A stretch of DNA of 64,000 nucleotides from Thermoanaerobaculia bacterium (GTDB taxonomy: Bacteria; Acidobacteriota; Thermoanaerobaculia; UBA5066; Gp7-AA6): assembly GCA_036493875.1 (NCBI GenBank), contig DASXPB010000028.1, forward strand, positions 64,409-128,408. Direction: 5' to 3'. A model generated the notes under the pieces. The model searched no databases. It was given only the letters and a program-made list of their open reading frames with translations, and had not been told where the DNA came from. Below are positions 1 through 9,127 of the stretch, in pieces; positions within the stretch are counted from its first letter, which is position 1; every line of letters begins with the position of its first letter. Made by a program: the position numbers and the translations under genes.

Positions 1-312
1 GAGCGGGAGCTCGGACGCACCGGGAGCTTCGCGAACGGTCCGCGGGAGATCGACATCGACATCCTGGACGTGAACGGGACGCGGCGCCGGGCGTCGGATC
101 CGATCCTGCCGCATCCCCGCCTGCGCGGACGCCGCTTCGTGCTCGCCCCGCTCGCCGAGCTCGCGCCGGAGTGGACCGACCCGGAGACCGGAGCGACGGC
201 GCGCGAGCTGCTGCGCGCGCTTCCCCCGCGGCCGGGCGCGAGGCGACTTTCTGGACCCTCTAGGACTTCTTCCAGTCCGCGAGGTTGGCCCGCGCGTCGT
301 CCTGGATCTTGA
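1..312 (+). CDS. folK: HPPK (2-amino-4-hydroxy-6-hydroxymethyldihydropteridine diphosphokinase), C-terminal part; 5' end outside window
   Basis: Frame 1 is open from nt 1. It reads ...GPREIDIDILDVNG...ILPHPRLRGRRFVLAPLAELAPEW, the conserved HPPK C-terminal blocks. Stop at 310-312. Confidence 0.75.
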   Translation, partial: ERELGRTGSFANGPREIDIDILDVNGTRRRASDPILPHPRLRGRRFVLAPLAELAPEWTDPETGATARELLRALPPRPGARRLSGPSRTSSSPRGWPARRPGS

Positions 313-1186
313 GGTCCTCGACGAGGTGCTGCGGGGAGGGCGAGTCGTTCACGATGCTCTCCTCCAGCGAGAGGGCCTCGGCCTGGGCCTTCGCGTCCCC
401 CTTGTGGAGAGCCTCGGCGAGGAAGTGTCGGTTGACGAAGTTGCGCTGGTCCTTGTCGAGCGCGAGGCGCAGATACTTGATGCCCTCGCTCTCCGAGACC
501 CACCCCGTCACGAACGGAATCCAGGGGGCCTGGTCGTGCAGGCGCCCGACGATCCGGTAGCCGCCGCCCTCCTCGAAGTCGGGGTCGAGGCCGATGACGG
601 TCAGCGCGTAGTCGCGAATCGTCTCGGCCGCGCCGGCCTTGGCGGCGTCGACCTTCCCCTTCGCGAGCGCCCACTGTCCCCACGCGACGGCCGCCCAGAA
701 GTAGGTCGGCGGGGCTTCGGAGCGGTCCTTGAGCTTTCCCGCGAGAAAGTTCGGGCCCAGCTTCAGCACGTCCTGGACGTCCTCCACGTTGCCCGCGATG
801 CCCTTGTTGAGCAGCGCGATGGCCTCCTCGGAGACCCGCTTCGCCTTCTCGAACACGGCGCGCCGGCTGTCCTGGTCGAGGCCGGTGTAGACGCCCTTGA
901 AGTAGAGAGCACGCGCCAGCTTCCAGCGGGCCTCGAGCTGATCCGGCGCGCGCGCCGCCTCGTCGTAGTTGGCGATCGCCTGGTTGATCGGGCCCGGCGA
1001 CGCGATCGAGCCGTTGCGGCCCTCCTGGCGGCGTCCGTACCAGCGGTCGCCGTCCACGACCAGCGGGTTGCGGGGACCGCCGGGGCCTCGATTCGGGTCC
1101 TTCGACATCCCCGTGCCCTGTCCGCGCGCTCCGGCCGCGACGAGGAGAAGAAGAGAGAGCGTCGCCGCGGTTCGTGCACGGAGCAT
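260..1186 (-). CDS. secreted helical-repeat (TPR-like, possibly TatT-like) protein
   Basis: ORF 260..1504 trimmed to the Met at 1186, which begins a signal peptide (MLRARTAATLSLLLLVAAGARG). The body contains YFWAAVAWGQWAL...GLDPDFEEGGGYRIVGRLH. GC3 bias is strong. Confidence 0.6.
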   Translation of the reverse strand: MLRARTAATLSLLLLVAAGARGQGTGMSKDPNRGPGGPRNPLVVDGDRWYGRRQEGRNGSIASPGPINQAIANYDEAARAPDQLEARWKLARALYFKGVYTGLDQDSRRAVFEKAKRVSEEAIALLNKGIAGNVEDVQDVLKLGPNFLAGKLKDRSEAPPTYFWAAVAWGQWALAKGKVDAAKAGAAETIRDYALTVIGLDPDFEEGGGYRIVGRLHDQAPWIPFVTGWVSESEGIKYLRLALDKDQRNFVNRHFLAEALHKGDAKAQAEALSLEESIVNDSPSPQHLVEDLKIQDDARANLADWKKS

Positions 1187-1237
1187 CGCGCGAGAGTCTA
1201 TCCCGACCGCCGCGCTAGACTGGGCCGGGAGGATGCC

Positions 1238-1537
1238 ATGGCCGATCCGAAACCCGTTCCGATGAAGGTGACCATCGACGAATCGACCTCGGAGGGGCAC
1301 TACGTCAACTTCGCCAACATCCTCCACAATCCGACGGAGTTCGTCCTCGACTTCGGACGCATGGTCCCCGGGCGGCCCGACGCCAAGATCCTGAGTCGTC
1401 TGCTCACGACGCCGTTTCACGCCAAGCAGCTCCTGCGGGCGCTGCAGCAGAACATCGAGCTCTACGAGCGCAGCTACGGGGAGATCCGCTCGGACTTCAC
1501 GCACACCGCGGAGATGACGGACACCAAGACGAACTAG
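1238..1537 (+). CDS. DUF3467 family protein
   Basis: Only the last 99 aa of ORF 326..1537 look real: MADPKPVPMKVTIDESTSEGHYVNFANILHNPTEFVLDFGRM..., the characteristic DUF3467 block. ATG at 1238. Confidence 0.7.
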   Translation: MADPKPVPMKVTIDESTSEGHYVNFANILHNPTEFVLDFGRMVPGRPDAKILSRLLTTPFHAKQLLRALQQNIELYERSYGEIRSDFTHTAEMTDTKTN

Positions 1538-1561
1538 CCGAGGGACGAACCTCAGGGAACC

Positions 1562-2560
1562 ATGCGCGAGCGCCGCACGAAGTCATCTCCCGCGGCCGCG
1601 ATGGGTTGCAGCTTCTGGGATCTCCATCACCATATTTCGGGTGATGCGGACTTCTGGATGGCACACCCGGCTTGCCGCGCCGCGATCAATCGGAGGGTTT
1701 CGGGCAGCCCTTCGACGTATCCCATGGATCACCTGTACGTGGCGTCGGGATCGCCACGATTCGGCAGGGCTCTCTCCCTCGGGTGCGGGAAAGGGCATCT
1801 CGAGCGCGCCATGGTGCGCCTGGGGATCGCTTCCGAGGTCGACGCGATCGACGGCTCGGCGGTCTCGATCGAGCTCGCACGCGCGAAGGCCGACGAAGAA
1901 GGCTTCACGACAGTGCATTACCGGCAGGCGGATCTCAACCAGCTCGACCTGCCGCGCAACACCTACGACGCCGTCGTGTTTCACCAATCGCTTCACCACG
2001 TCAGCTCCGTCGAGAAGCTGCTCGAGCGCGTCCGGCGCTCGCTCAAGCCGAACGGCTTGCTTTTCCTGGATGAATGGACCGGGCCCTCGCGATTCGAGTG
2101 GAGCGCGAAGAAATTGGCGCGCGCGTCGGGCCTCTTCGAGTCCGTGCCCGCGGCCTGGAAAAAATGGCCGGAATGCCGCCCGCCCATCGAAGCGGCGGAC
2201 CCTTCGGAGGCGGTCCGCTCGTCCGCGATTCTTCCGGCCGTTCACCGACTCTTCTCCACCGTTCTGGAGAGACCCTATGGCGGCCACGTGGTCGCGCTGC
2301 TTCTTCCCCAGCTCGCTCGCGAACGGGCGCCGGCGGCGGAGTTGGACGCGATCATCTCGCGTTGGCTGGAGGCCGAGGATCAAGACCTGGAGCGGAATCG
2401 AGATGCAGGTTTCTACACCGCGCTCGTCGCGAGTCCGCGGCGAGGTCTGCGCCTCATCGCGGGTCGAACGGCGAATCTCGGCGTCCGCGTGCTTCTCGCG
2501 TTTCGCTATCGCGTATGGGCCCGAGTCGGCGGCTCCCCTGCACACGCGAGCGACGCCTAG
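1562..2560 (+). CDS. class I SAM-dependent methyltransferase
   Basis: Motif I is LSLGCGKGHLE. Also present: DAVVFHQSLHHV and LKPNGLLFLDEW (methyltransferase type 11/12-like). Confidence 0.75.
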   Translation: MRERRTKSSPAAAMGCSFWDLHHHISGDADFWMAHPACRAAINRRVSGSPSTYPMDHLYVASGSPRFGRALSLGCGKGHLERAMVRLGIASEVDAIDGSAVSIELARAKADEEGFTTVHYRQADLNQLDLPRNTYDAVVFHQSLHHVSSVEKLLERVRRSLKPNGLLFLDEWTGPSRFEWSAKKLARASGLFESVPAAWKKWPECRPPIEAADPSEAVRSSAILPAVHRLFSTVLERPYGGHVVALLLPQLARERAPAAELDAIISRWLEAEDQDLERNRDAGFYTALVASPRRGLRLIAGRTANLGVRVLLAFRYRVWARVGGSPAHASDA

Positions 2561-3675
2561 GTCCGCCGGATGACCCCGCCACCCAGGACCACGTCCCCCT
2601 CGTAGAAGACGCACGACTGGCCCGGCGTGACGGCGCGGACGGGATGGTCGAAGACGACGCGCGCTTGCCCGCCCTCTCCCGGGAAGACCGTCGCCGGGAC
2701 CTCCTCGGCGCGGTGACGGATGCGCGCGGCGGTGCGGAACGGCGTCCGCCGCGGACCCGCGATCAGCCGCAGGTCGCCGATCGAGGCCTCGAGCGACTCG
2801 AGCTCGCGCGCCGGACCCACGACCACGCGGTTCTCCGCGGCGTCGACCTCGAGCACGTACAGGCGCTCCGTGGCCGCGCCACCATTCGAGCGCGGCCTCG
2901 AGGCCGCGACGTCCCCAAGCCCCCGACGCTGTCCGATCGTGAAGCGGAAGTGGCCATCGTGGGAGCCCAGTGACTTTCCGCTCGAGTCCTCGAGGCGGCC
3001 CGGCGCCGACGGCAGCGACAGCCCCAATCCGGCGGCCTCACGCGCGACGAACTCCCCCGCGCGGGTCCCGACGGGCACGAAGCAGATCTCCTGGCTCTCC
3101 GGCTTGTCCGCCGTCGGCAGGCCCGCGCGCCTCGCGTGCGCGCGCACCTCCGCCTTGGTCAGCGAGCCGACCGGGAACCGAGCGGCGGCGAGCTGCTCCT
3201 CCGTCAGGTCGTAGAGGAAGTACGACTGGTCCTTCGCCGCATCGACCCCCTTGCGCAGCGTCCGGAGTCCGGAGACCGGATCGTGGTCGACCCGCACGTA
3301 GTGTCCCGTGGCCACGGCCGCGCATCCGAGCCCGCGCGCGCGCTCCCAGAGCGTCGCGAACTTGATCTTCGCGTTGCAGGCGGAGCAGGGGATCGGCGTC
3401 TCCCCCGCGAGGTAGGACGCGACGAACGGGCGGACGACGTCCCGGCCGAATTCCTCCTCCAGGTTGAGCACGTAGTGGCGGATGCCGAGCGCCCAGCCCA
3501 CGCGCCGCGCATCGGAGAGATCGTCCAGGGTGCAACAGCGCCCCGACCGGCCCGCCTCGCCCGAGTGGTCCCACAGCTGCATCGAGAGGCCGACGACCTC
3601 GTGGCCCTCCTCCTTCAGCAGCAGAGCGGCGACCGAGGAGTCGACGCCCCCGGACATGGCGACGGCGATGCGCAT
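2557..3675 (-). CDS. mnmA: tRNA-specific 2-thiouridylase MnmA
   Basis: MRIAVAMSGGVDSSVAALLLK PP-loop; catalytic Cys blocks (IPCSACNAKIKF, QEICF); full length, 372 aa. Confidence 0.95.
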   Translation of the reverse strand: MRIAVAMSGGVDSSVAALLLKEEGHEVVGLSMQLWDHSGEAGRSGRCCTLDDLSDARRVGWALGIRHYVLNLEEEFGRDVVRPFVASYLAGETPIPCSACNAKIKFATLWERARGLGCAAVATGHYVRVDHDPVSGLRTLRKGVDAAKDQSYFLYDLTEEQLAAARFPVGSLTKAEVRAHARRAGLPTADKPESQEICFVPVGTRAGEFVAREAAGLGLSLPSAPGRLEDSSGKSLGSHDGHFRFTIGQRRGLGDVAASRPRSNGGAATERLYVLEVDAAENRVVVGPARELESLEASIGDLRLIAGPRRTPFRTAARIRHRAEEVPATVFPGEGGQARVVFDHPVRAVTPGQSCVFYEGDVVLGGGVIRRT

Positions 3676-3696
3676 GGCAGGGATCTTAGCCGGCGC

Positions 3697-4269
3697 CTAG
3701 GCCGCCGTCACGATCAGCATCAGCGTCGAGCCGCCGACCGTGAACTCGCTCTGATTTTCGAGCGGCGTCTGGCTGATGGCCTGATCGCCGACGAAGGTCC
3801 CGTTGGTCGAGCCCAGGTCGAGCAGGAGGATGTCCTCTCCCCGCACCTCGATCGCGGCGTGGTTGCGGGAGATCTCGGGATCGTCGAGGGCGAGATCGAC
3901 CTCCTCGCGGCCGATCACCACGCGCGGAGTCTCGATCGCGAACATCCGCCCGGCATCCGGGCCGGCGATCACCGCGAGAGACAGCTTCGCGTCCGTGGGC
4001 AGCTTGAGGGGACCCGCCGAGCGGCGCCGCTCGCGGGCCGGCTCGGGGCGGACGCTCGCCTCGGGGAACATGTCGGCGGACCTCCGCGTGACGGTCTCGC
4101 CGGCCGCGATCGGCGGCCGCACCGGCGGCTGCGCCTCGTAGGCGTGCGTGTTGAAGATCTCGAAGATCGCGCGGCACTTCGAGCAGCGGAGCTTCTTGGA
4201 CGGCTTCCCGGCGAAGCGCGCCTCGTCGTAGTGGTACTTTGCCCGGCACTGATCGCACTCGACGATCAT
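3697..4269 (-). CDS. MJ0042-type zinc-ribbon plus FHA domain protein
   Basis: MIVECDQCRAKYHY...LRCSKCRAIFEI zinc ribbon. C-terminal FHA domain (VVIGREEVDLALDDPEISRNHAAIE...LLDLGSTNGTFV). The start ATG 4267-4269 overlaps the upstream stop (ATGA). Confidence 0.85.
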   Translation of the reverse strand: MIVECDQCRAKYHYDEARFAGKPSKKLRCSKCRAIFEIFNTHAYEAQPPVRPPIAAGETVTRRSADMFPEASVRPEPARERRRSAGPLKLPTDAKLSLAVIAGPDAGRMFAIETPRVVIGREEVDLALDDPEISRNHAAIEVRGEDILLLDLGSTNGTFVGDQAISQTPLENQSEFTVGGSTLMLIVTAA

Positions 4270-5423
4270 CGGGTTCTCTCCGTGGCCGGCACGAGGCCCG
4301 CCCTCCGGACGTCCTCGACGACCCCGGGCAGGATCTCGAGGACTCGCGCGATCTCTTCCTCGGTCGTCGCGCGCGAGAGCGAGAAGCGCACGACGCCGCG
4401 CGCCTCGCGGGGCGACAGCCCCAGTGCGAGGATCGCCGGCGACGGCGCCAGCGTGCCGCTCGAGCACGCGCTGCCGACGGAGACGGCCACTCCCTCGAGG
4501 TCGAGCCGGAGGAGCAGGGTCTCGCCGGAGGCGTCCTCGAAGAGAACCGCCGAGGTGTTGGGCAGGCGCGGCGACTCCGCTCCCACGATCCGCGTGCCGG
4601 GGATCCGGGCGAGGACGCCGGCCTCCAGGCGGTCGCGCAGCGCGCGAACCGCGGGCGCGTCGGCCTCCGGCGCCCGGGCCGCCAGCCGGGCGGCCGCGCC
4701 GAAGCCGACGGCGGCGAGCGTGTTCTCGGTCCCGGCGCGCCGGCGTTTCTCCTGGCCTCCCCCCGGCGTGTGCGCCGCGAGCGGGACGCCGCGCCGCACG
4801 TACAGCGCTCCGGCGCCCTTCGGGCCGTGAAGCTTGTGGGCGGAGAGCGAGAGCAGGTCCACGCCCCACTCGTCGGCGTCCACCGGGATGCGCCCGGCCG
4901 CCTGCACGGCGTCCGTGTGGACGAGACTCCCCCGCCGCCGGGCCTCGCGCGCGATCCGCGCGATCGGGAAGACCCCGCCGTATTCGTTGTTCGCGGCCAT
5001 GATCGAGACGAGCACGGTCCCCGGCGTGACGGCGTCGAGGACGCGGTCGGGATCGAGCTCCCCCGTGCGCTCGGGCGCGATCGCGATGAGCTCGAAGCCG
5101 CCGTTCTCGGCCAGGCGGTCGGCGCACGCGCGGACCGAGGGGTGCTCGACGGCCGAGGTCACGATCCTCCCGGACCGCCCGGCGCAGGCGCCGAAGATCG
5201 CGAGGGCGTTGGCCTCCGTCCCCCCGGAGGTCCAGACGATCTCCTCGGACCTCGCCCCGACGAGCGCGGCGACCTCGTCCCGCGCCTCCTCGAGGCGCCG
5301 CCGCGCGGACTGACCCACGGCGTGGACGGAGGAGGGATTCCCGTACAGACCCGAAGCAGTCTCCATCGCCCGCCACGCCTCGGGGGCCAGCGGCGTCGAC
5401 GCGTTGTTGTCGAGGTAGATCAT
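4266..5423 (-). CDS. cysteine desulfurase (NifS/YrvO-like, class V aminotransferase)
   Basis: MIYLDNNASTPL...GNPSSVHAVG...SAHKLHGPKGAGALYVRRG...SVGSACSSG (PLP Lys and catalytic Cys loop). ORF 4266..5675 trimmed to the ATG at 5423. Confidence 0.9.
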   Translation of the reverse strand: MIYLDNNASTPLAPEAWRAMETASGLYGNPSSVHAVGQSARRRLEEARDEVAALVGARSEEIVWTSGGTEANALAIFGACAGRSGRIVTSAVEHPSVRACADRLAENGGFELIAIAPERTGELDPDRVLDAVTPGTVLVSIMAANNEYGGVFPIARIAREARRRGSLVHTDAVQAAGRIPVDADEWGVDLLSLSAHKLHGPKGAGALYVRRGVPLAAHTPGGGQEKRRRAGTENTLAAVGFGAAARLAARAPEADAPAVRALRDRLEAGVLARIPGTRIVGAESPRLPNTSAVLFEDASGETLLLRLDLEGVAVSVGSACSSGTLAPSPAILALGLSPREARGVVRFSLSRATTEEEIARVLEILPGVVEDVRRAGLVPATERTR

Positions 5424-5538
5424 GGCTTCAGATTCTCGGACGGCCTTCAAAATTATCGCTCCGATGACTGGGCGGCGTAAAACATTTCTCAAGGAATACC
5501 CGTACCGTGCCCGAGAGTTGAGTAAGATCGACAGTCCG

Positions 5539-8500
5539 ATGCTGCGAACGGTGTTCCTGTTCCTCGTCGCCTCGGTCCTCGCCCTTCCCGGAGCATTGCG
5601 GGCTGCCGCGCCCACCGACCTGACGCCCGCCCAACGCGCGGACCGGATCAAGGCGCTCCCTCCCGACGAACGCAAGTGGCTCGAGGATTACGTCGCGCCC
5701 ATCATCCTTCCGGAGGAGGTGCAGGTCTTCCTCGCTCTGACCGAGCCGGCCCAGCGCGAGCGCTTCAAGACCGCGTTCTGGACCCGCCGCGAGCAGCCCA
5801 ACCTCGAGCCCCCGCTGGGGCCCGGCTACCGCACGCGCTACGACCATCTGCGCGAGATCGCCGCGTCCGACTTCGACGGGCTCACGCAGGACGCCGGCCG
5901 GCTCGTGGTCCGCCGGGGCGAGCCCGACTCGATCCAGAACTACACGGACTGCAACGACCTCTTCAAGTCTGTCGAGCTCTGGACCTACACGCGCGCCAAG
6001 GGAGACGTCGCCCAGAAGACGCTCTACCTCTTCTACCGGCAGGCGGTCGGCGCGCCGCGGAAGATGTGGTATCCGGCCGTCCCGCAGCGCGAACTGATGC
6101 AGTCGTCGATGTGCATCGCGGACTTCGCGGAGGCGTGCCGCGCGTCGGGCGCGGCGGCGGGCGCCACCGGCTCGGGAGCGGCGAGGCCGAATCCGAACTG
6201 TCCGACCGGGCAAGCCAGCTGCCCGAGCGCGTGCGCGATCGCGGAGGCGGCCGCGATGATCTCGTCGAAGGGCCTCGGCGCCCCGGAGTACGCCGCGCTC
6301 GACACGCCTCCCCCGGTGAATACGGAGGACCTCCGGGAGCTCGCGGAGAGCTTCGTGACGCCGCCGGAAGCGGGAACGAAGACGCTGACGGTCGAGGGCC
6401 CGGAGCCCGACGGCAGCGCCCACGCACCAGCATCGCCCAGCGCGACCGTCACGGAGTCCACGCCGCCCGCCGGGTCGGGTACCGAGACGGCGCAGGCCGC
6501 GCCGGCTCCGGCCGAGTCCGGCGCCAAGGGCGCGGCGGCGGCACAACCAGCGACCAGCGCCCCCCTGCCCGCGCACAAGAAGCTCACCAAGAAGGAAGCC
6601 AGGGCCCTGACCGAGGCGCTCGAGCAGAGGTACAAGAGCTTCCTCGATCTCGTCGAGCTCATCATCACCGACGAGGAGCGCGAGGTCTTCCTCCAGATCC
6701 ACGAGAACTACCAGAAGGACAAGTTCATCGAGGCCTTCTGGAAGCGGCGCTCGATCGACAGCCAGGGCCTTCGGACCGACTACCGCGCGGTCTACACGCG
6801 CCGGGTCGAGCAGGCGGTGGCGGAGTTCCACGACCTCCACAACGACCGGGCCAAGCTGTTCGTCATCCAGGGACCGCCCGACGCGGTCATCCCGATCGAG
6901 TGCGAAGACGTCTACGTGCCGCTCCAGATCTGGTACTACGAGCGGATCGAGAGCCTGAAGAGCAAGGTCTACCTGCTCTTCTACCAGCCGCACGGCGTCG
7001 GACCGTACAAGCTCTGGCTCCCGCTGGACGGTCCCGGGGTGCTGCTCGTCGGCGTCGAGTCGAACATGATGACCGGGGCGCGCGTCCCGGACATCCAGCG
7101 CTGCTTCGAGTGGCGCACGGTGCAGCAGGCGCTCCAGTACACGTCGACGGTGCTCGGCACGGGCGCGTTCTCGATGCAGGGCGCCAGCAAGCTGTTCGAT
7201 CCCCCGCTGATCGAGACGGAGGGCGTGGACCAGATCCTGTCGATGACCACGGACCTCCACGACAACTCCGCGAACCTCGCGGTCGCCAAGCTCGTCCACT
7301 TCCCCGAGGTGCGGTCGAACAAGCTCGGGATGGATCTCTCGCTGCTCGTTCCGAAGGCGGAGCTGAAGGCCCGCGCGCTCGGCGGGGAGAGCTTCTACAA
7401 CGTCGACATCATCGGCGAGATCGTCAAGGACGAACGCCTCGTCGACAACTTCAAGTACCGCTTCGACATCCCGACCGAGGAGATCGGAGGGGAGAAGATT
7501 CCGCTGACCGTCCGGCGATACCTCTATCCCGGCGAGTACAAGCTGATCCTCAAGATCTCCGACGGCAACCAGAACGCGGAGGGCCGCCTGTCCGAGGCGC
7601 TCAACGTTCCCGAGCAGCCGGATGCGCCGCCGCCCCAGATCGCGGCCGCCCGCGCGGACGGCAAGGCCACCATCGACAAGGTCCAGGAGGCCGGGCTGAT
7701 GCCCTCGGCGATCTCGCTCCTGCCCATCGCGAAGGAGATCGTGACGGGGCTGCAGCGCTTCGAGACGAAGGCGGCCGAGGGCGTCCGGGCGGTCGACTTC
7801 TATCTGAACGGGGCGAAGATCATGACGCGCACCAAGGCGCCCTTCGACGCGGACCTGAACCTCGGGCCGCTGCCGCGCAAGCAGACGATCCGCGTCGTCG
7901 CCTATGGCACCGCGGGCCGCTCGGTGGGCGAGGACGAGTACACCGTCAACGAGGGCCGCGAGGTCTTCCGGGTCCGCATCACGACCCCGGACAAGGGCTC
8001 GAAGGTGTCCGGGCCGACCAAGGTCGTGGCCGCGATCGCGGTCCCGGAGGGAAAGACGCTCCAGAAGATGGAGTTCTACAACAACGAGTCGCGCGTCGCG
8101 ACGCTGTACCAGGCGCCCTACGAGCAGACGATGAACATCAAGCAGACCGGCTCGCTCGGCTACGTCCGCGTCGTCGGCACGCTGGACGACGGCGCCGTGG
8201 CCGAGGATCTCCGGTACGTCAACGCGCCGCAGTTCGTCTCGGAGGTCACGGTCGACGCGGTCGAGCTGTACACGACGGTCACCGAGAAGGGCCGCCCCGT
8301 CAACACGCTGCAGCAGTCCAACTTCAAGGTCTTCGAGGACGGCGTCGCGCAGACCGTCCAAGGATTCGAGTACGTCAAGAACCTGCCGCTGTCGGTGGGC
8401 GTCATGATCGACACGTCCGCCTCGATGCTCGAATCTCTGCCCGACGCCGAGCAGGCGGCGCTCAACTTCCTCGACTACTCGATCGGTGCGAAGGACCGGG

Positions 8501-9036
8501 CCTTCGTCGAGTCGTTCGACAACGAGCCCTACCTGCTCGCCAAGCTCTCGGGGCGGAAGGACAAGATGCTGCGGGCGCTCTCTGGCCTCCGCGCGGAGGG
8601 CTCCACCGCTCTCTACGACGCCATCATCTATGGCCTGTACCAGTTCACCGGGGTCAAGGGAAAGAAGGCCCTCGTCATCCTGACGGACGGCAAGGACACC
8701 GCGTCGAAGTTCGACTACGACACGCTGCTCGAGTACGTGCGCAAGTCCGGCCTCTCGATCTACGCGATCGGCCTGAAGATCTCGGGCACGGACCTCGAGG
8801 TCAAATACAAGCTCAACAAGATCGCCCAGGTCACGGGCGGCCAGACCTTCTACGTCGACTCGGCGAAGAACCTCGAGGGCATCTACCGCCAGATCAACGA
8901 GGATCTCCGCAGCCAGTACCTGCTGACCTACTACTCGACCAACTCCGACACGAGCAAGGACAAGTGGCGCAAGGTGGAGGTCAAGGTCGAGCCGACGAGC
9001 CTGCAGGCGCGCACGATCAGCGGGTACTACCCTTAG
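5539..9036 (+). CDS. secreted 1165-aa protein: two GWxTD-like modules, Ig-like middle region, C-terminal von Willebrand A domain
   Basis: Signal peptide MLRTVFLFLVASVLALPGALRA. Two FW(T/K)RR...GxPD modules. VWA MIDAS block VGVMIDTSASM...GSTALYDAI...ILTDGKDTAS. Confidence 0.8.
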   Translation: MLRTVFLFLVASVLALPGALRAAAPTDLTPAQRADRIKALPPDERKWLEDYVAPIILPEEVQVFLALTEPAQRERFKTAFWTRREQPNLEPPLGPGYRTRYDHLREIAASDFDGLTQDAGRLVVRRGEPDSIQNYTDCNDLFKSVELWTYTRAKGDVAQKTLYLFYRQAVGAPRKMWYPAVPQRELMQSSMCIADFAEACRASGAAAGATGSGAARPNPNCPTGQASCPSACAIAEAAAMISSKGLGAPEYAALDTPPPVNTEDLRELAESFVTPPEAGTKTLTVEGPEPDGSAHAPASPSATVTESTPPAGSGTETAQAAPAPAESGAKGAAAAQPATSAPLPAHKKLTKKEARALTEALEQRYKSFLDLVELIITDEEREVFLQIHENYQKDKFIEAFWKRRSIDSQGLRTDYRAVYTRRVEQAVAEFHDLHNDRAKLFVIQGPPDAVIPIECEDVYVPLQIWYYERIESLKSKVYLLFYQPHGVGPYKLWLPLDGPGVLLVGVESNMMTGARVPDIQRCFEWRTVQQALQYTSTVLGTGAFSMQGASKLFDPPLIETEGVDQILSMTTDLHDNSANLAVAKLVHFPEVRSNKLGMDLSLLVPKAELKARALGGESFYNVDIIGEIVKDERLVDNFKYRFDIPTEEIGGEKIPLTVRRYLYPGEYKLILKISDGNQNAEGRLSEALNVPEQPDAPPPQIAAARADGKATIDKVQEAGLMPSAISLLPIAKEIVTGLQRFETKAAEGVRAVDFYLNGAKIMTRTKAPFDADLNLGPLPRKQTIRVVAYGTAGRSVGEDEYTVNEGREVFRVRITTPDKGSKVSGPTKVVAAIAVPEGKTLQKMEFYNNESRVATLYQAPYEQTMNIKQTGSLGYVRVVGTLDDGAVAEDLRYVNAPQFVSEVTVDAVELYTTVTEKGRPVNTLQQSNFKVFEDGVAQTVQGFEYVKNLPLSVGVMIDTSASMLESLPDAEQAALNFLDYSIGAKDRAFVESFDNEPYLLAKLSGRKDKMLRALSGLRAEGSTALYDAIIYGLYQFTGVKGKKALVILTDGKDTASKFDYDTLLEYVRKSGLSIYAIGLKISGTDLEVKYKLNKIAQVTGGQTFYVDSAKNLEGIYRQINEDLRSQYLLTYYSTNSDTSKDKWRKVEVKVEPTSLQARTISGYYP

Positions 9037-9039
9037 GAA

Positions 9040-9127
9040 TTGGTGACTTGAGATTGGTGATTCGTGATTTGGGCGAGGGAGCCGCTTGAATAGCCCCACT
9101 CACAAATCACAAATCACAAATCACAAA
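9040..9127. repeat. inverted pair of heptamer arrays: (TTNGTGA)x5 at 9040-9074, 25-nt spacer, (TCACAAA)x4 at 9100-9127
   Basis: Read directly: ttggtga cttgaga ttggtga ttcgtga tttgggc ... tcacaaa x4. The arms are imperfect reverse complements. The region is AT-rich in a GC-rich genome. Confidence 0.75.

Noticed and set aside
5428-9099. 1223-aa minus-strand ORF, and the 1137-aa +2 frame ORF 5676..9089, covering the VWA gene
   Set aside because: These are mirror or alternative frames of a GC-rich gene. The sequence is Arg/Gly/Asp/Leu-rich and low in complexity, with no motifs. The + frame at 5539..9036 has a signal peptide and a clean VWA MIDAS block.
9040-9127. Heptamer arrays (also 11535-11583 and 52019-52046) as CRISPR arrays
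   Set aside because: The period is 7 nt with no spacers, and no cas genes are present. They are simple tandem repeats.
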